Shown: positions 28,241-30,648 of the stretch, piece after piece
How the letters are laid out: each line of letters begins with the position of its first letter
Position numbering within the stretch: the stretch's first letter is position 1
Origin: a virus
Lineage: Duplodnaviria > Caudoviricetes
Length of the DNA: 30,648 bases
Strand: one strand, 5' to 3'
IMG/VR virus record: IMGVR_UViG_3300009079_000079
Coordinates: 1-30,648 of that record
Program-made: the position numbers and the translations under genes
Notes under the pieces: generated by a model
What the model saw: the letters and a program-made list of their open reading frames with translations, nothing else
Database searches by the model: none
What the model was told of the DNA's origin: nothing

Positions 28241-28916
28241 CAAGTTCTTCCCATGATGTTAGCATTGTTAATAGACGTTTAGATATTTCAGGATCACCTG
28301 CTGCATTAGCTCTCCAAGCAGCCCTTACCCTATTCCATCTACGATGCATAGGAACTCCTTTAAGAAGCTTCTCTGCTTTCTTAGGACCAATCCCTTTAAT
28401 TCCAGGTATATTGTCAGACCTGTCACCAGTTAGGCACTGTAGCATAAGCTTAAGGTCAGCAGTGTCTTCACTTACCTCTGTTAGCTCCTTCTTTACAAAG
28501 TTGTAATGTGTTCCAGGTATTTGTAAAAGATCTTTATCAATACCAACAACTGTGTACTCTTGATCTACATCTCTGCATTCAGCTGCCCAGATAGAGACAA
28601 GATCATCTGCCTCCATATCATCAGCTTCTACAGCGTTATGTTTATCAACCATGTACTGATGACCATAGTTCAAAGCTTCTTTAACGTCTTCGTCTAACTC
28701 CTTACGTGTTGACTTGTAGTCGGAGTATATTTCCTTTCGGAAATTACCCCTTCCTTTAATTGCTACAAGAAATTTATCTGATCCACAATTTTGTTGGATC
28801 TCTTTCATAGTGTGGTCGATGCCAACACGTATGTCTTTTTTCTTCTTGGTTACACAAGCCATCCGAAAATAGATTGAGTCTGAGTCTACCAGTATTACTG
28901 CATTATCAGTGAACAT
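28167..28916 (-). CDS. 5'-3' exonuclease/flap endonuclease (T7 gp6-like)
   Basis: LVDSDS, NFRKEIYSDYKSTR, EADD, DKDLLQIPG, GDRSDNIPGIKGIGPKKA (H3TH motif). Confidence 0.93.
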   Translation of the reverse strand: MFTDNAVILVDSDSIYFRMACVTKKKKDIRVGIDHTMKEIQQNCGSDKFLVAIKGRGNFRKEIYSDYKSTRKELDEDVKEALNYGHQYMVDKHNAVEADDMEADDLVSIWAAECRDVDQEYTVVGIDKDLLQIPGTHYNFVKKELTEVSEDTADLKLMLQCLTGDRSDNIPGIKGIGPKKAEKLLKGVPMHRRWNRVRAAWRANAAGDPEISKRLLTMLTSWEELDDIKKQIEEYKSKKQASVHRNIED

Positions 28917-30648
28917 CTGCGTAGCTTTCTCCTATTACATAATCACCACCATCCATACATGTTACACCGAACATCTCTGGACCAGCAGCAAAAGATTCTG
29001 TTAGAATTTCCCCAACACGTTTAGCATCGTCGGGGTGCGATTGGAATGCCATCTCATCATGATAAAACAAACGAGGTTCAGCACGTAGATTTTCTTCACG
29101 TATCTTATTCCATGCCCACATCAGTGAAGCCTTACAGGTTACACCTTCAGCAGCTTGGAGTAAGTAGTTGAGAGTTTGATGACCAGATCCACAGAACACA
29201 GGGCGTCCATCCAGAGCAGGAAACCACCCATCACCTTGTTGGTTAGATGTTTTGCTCCAAATGTTTAGAAGTTTCTTCTTAAGTTCTTCCAAACCTTTGA
29301 TACCCTTAGCGAAGTCAGCACGAGACTTACGTCCTACTTCACTGTTTGATTTGCCTGAAAGAACTTGCCCCAACTTAGCGTCACCAGCACCAAAAAGATA
29401 AGCATATAAATACCCCTTAGCGACACCCCTAGAGCATCCAAGAGCATCAGCATTTCGTTGGTGTTGATCCCCATAGCGAACCTCATTAGTGAAATCATCG
29501 TTCCCAACATAATGACAAAGACCACGTAGCTGATTACCAGCACTATCGGCACCAACAATAACATACCCTGGGTCAGGTTTAAGCATCCCACGTATCTCTT
29601 TACCCCAAGGTGTTTCAATACCTGGGAGGTTTGCGATAACTTCGTGACGTACTCTGAAGGTAGGAGTACCAATAGTCCACATGTTACCATGAAGTCGTTT
29701 ATCATCTGAGCCCTCTACTTTTTCTACCCAGCCCTCCATGAGAGAAGCTTTGTGACGCAATACATAATACTCGTCTACCATCATGCCAACTTCTCCAAGT
29801 TTAGACAATGAGGATGTTGTCAGTTTGGGTCCAGTTGTTACCCATTCTCTTCCGATTTTCTTTCGGTTGTACTCGTCTGGTTTCCATCCGATAGTTTTAA
29901 GCCAATCCTTGACCGCTTCTTGAGATCCCAGTTTAGCTTGTTCCTTAGTTGTTCGTTGGAATTTGAAATCTGGTCCTGCGAGATGGGTGTCTGTGACCGA
30001 GACTTCCGTTCCAAAATATTCAGTAAGCAGCTTGGCAGTTGTCGCATTGTATTTCCCATTCTTATTGTACTTGGGAGACTTAGGTTCTTTGTCAATGTAG
30101 ACAACCTTAGTTCCCATCTGAGGCTCAATGGTGTTAGAGATCTCAGCCATACGCTGTTGCATTGTTCCCAATAGGGTCTTAGCTTCTTCCATGTCAAAGT
30201 ACCAGCCCTTGACTTTGCAGAATGCATTAAACTTAGCTGTTTCATGCTCAGCCTGCATACCTAGTTTGATTTTAGGATTGTATGCAGAAACCTTCTTGTA
30301 CTCTGAGAGTAACTCATTGTACACATCGACATTCACACGAACATCTTGAACACAGTAGCGTAACATTTCTCTTGAGTATTCATCCCAGCCACCTTCATAT
30401 GCAATCTTACTGTTTCCGAGGTGTTCACCCCAACCTGCAAGACCATGCTTGTGACCACGTTTGTACCTCAGAACTTGAGACATGACCCAAGTGTCGTGTA
30501 GTCGTTTCTCGTTCAGGGTAGTACCACATAGTTTATCCATTACTACATTGTCAAAACCAATGATGTTATGGCCCACTAGTAGGTCTGCATTCTGAAGCAG
30601 TGAAGCACCATCAGCGATAGATCCATGTAGGTTATCGTGATCAGAGAA
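28906..30648 (-). CDS. polA: Family A (T7-like) DNA polymerase with 3'-5' exonuclease; 5' end lies beyond the window
   Basis: Frame stays open to the window edge (FSDHDNLHGSIADGASLLQNADLLVGHNIIGFD); ExoII GHNIIGFD, ExoIII YCVQD, motif A DSAGNQLR, motif B RGVAKGYLYAYLFG, motif C YHDE. Confidence 0.96.
   Translation of the reverse strand, partial: FSDHDNLHGSIADGASLLQNADLLVGHNIIGFDNVVMDKLCGTTLNEKRLHDTWVMSQVLRYKRGHKHGLAGWGEHLGNSKIAYEGGWDEYSREMLRYCVQDVRVNVDVYNELLSEYKKVSAYNPKIKLGMQAEHETAKFNAFCKVKGWYFDMEEAKTLLGTMQQRMAEISNTIEPQMGTKVVYIDKEPKSPKYNKNGKYNATTAKLLTEYFGTEVSVTDTHLAGPDFKFQRTTKEQAKLGSQEAVKDWLKTIGWKPDEYNRKKIGREWVTTGPKLTTSSLSKLGEVGMMVDEYYVLRHKASLMEGWVEKVEGSDDKRLHGNMWTIGTPTFRVRHEVIANLPGIETPWGKEIRGMLKPDPGYVIVGADSAGNQLRGLCHYVGNDDFTNEVRYGDQHQRNADALGCSRGVAKGYLYAYLFGAGDAKLGQVLSGKSNSEVGRKSRADFAKGIKGLEELKKKLLNIWSKTSNQQGDGWFPALDGRPVFCGSGHQTLNYLLQAAEGVTCKASLMWAWNKIREENLRAEPRLFYHDEMAFQSHPDDAKRVGEILTESFAAGPEMFGVTCMDGGDYVIGESYADVH

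Noticed and set aside
1-30648. tRNA, integrase, introns/inteins or stop-codon reassignment
   Set aside because: Coding is dense under the standard code, core enzymes have normal lengths with no intein motifs, and there is no room for RNA genes.

Overview
This window is part of a lytic tailed-phage genome (podovirus-type, AT-rich, probably marine; host not identifiable from sequence) with two convergent arms meeting at a bidirectional terminator (~23.3 kb). The + arm is the virion module: the end of a tail fibre with a peptidase-S74 chaperone, three divergent tandem paralogues, tail chaperones, a class II (B12-dependent) ribonucleotide reductase, a tail nozzle, a 1013-aa repeat/collagen/Gly-rich fibre and a run of internal-virion (ejection) proteins. 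These include a lytic transglycosylase, a staphylococcal-nuclease-like domain frameshifted from a large helical protein, and a 1190-aa protein with the catalytic motifs of a single-subunit RNA polymerase. The - arm is a T7-like replication module (PolA, 5'-3' exonuclease, HNH, RusA, primase-helicase) ending in a second, 764-aa T7-like RNA polymerase and a small overlapping ORF. The main find is a two-polymerase transcription system: a stand-alone putative virion RNAP of roughly N4 mini-vRNAP size plus a single-chain non-virion RNAP, encoded tail-to-tail. All calls come from motif recognition by eye; no searches were run.
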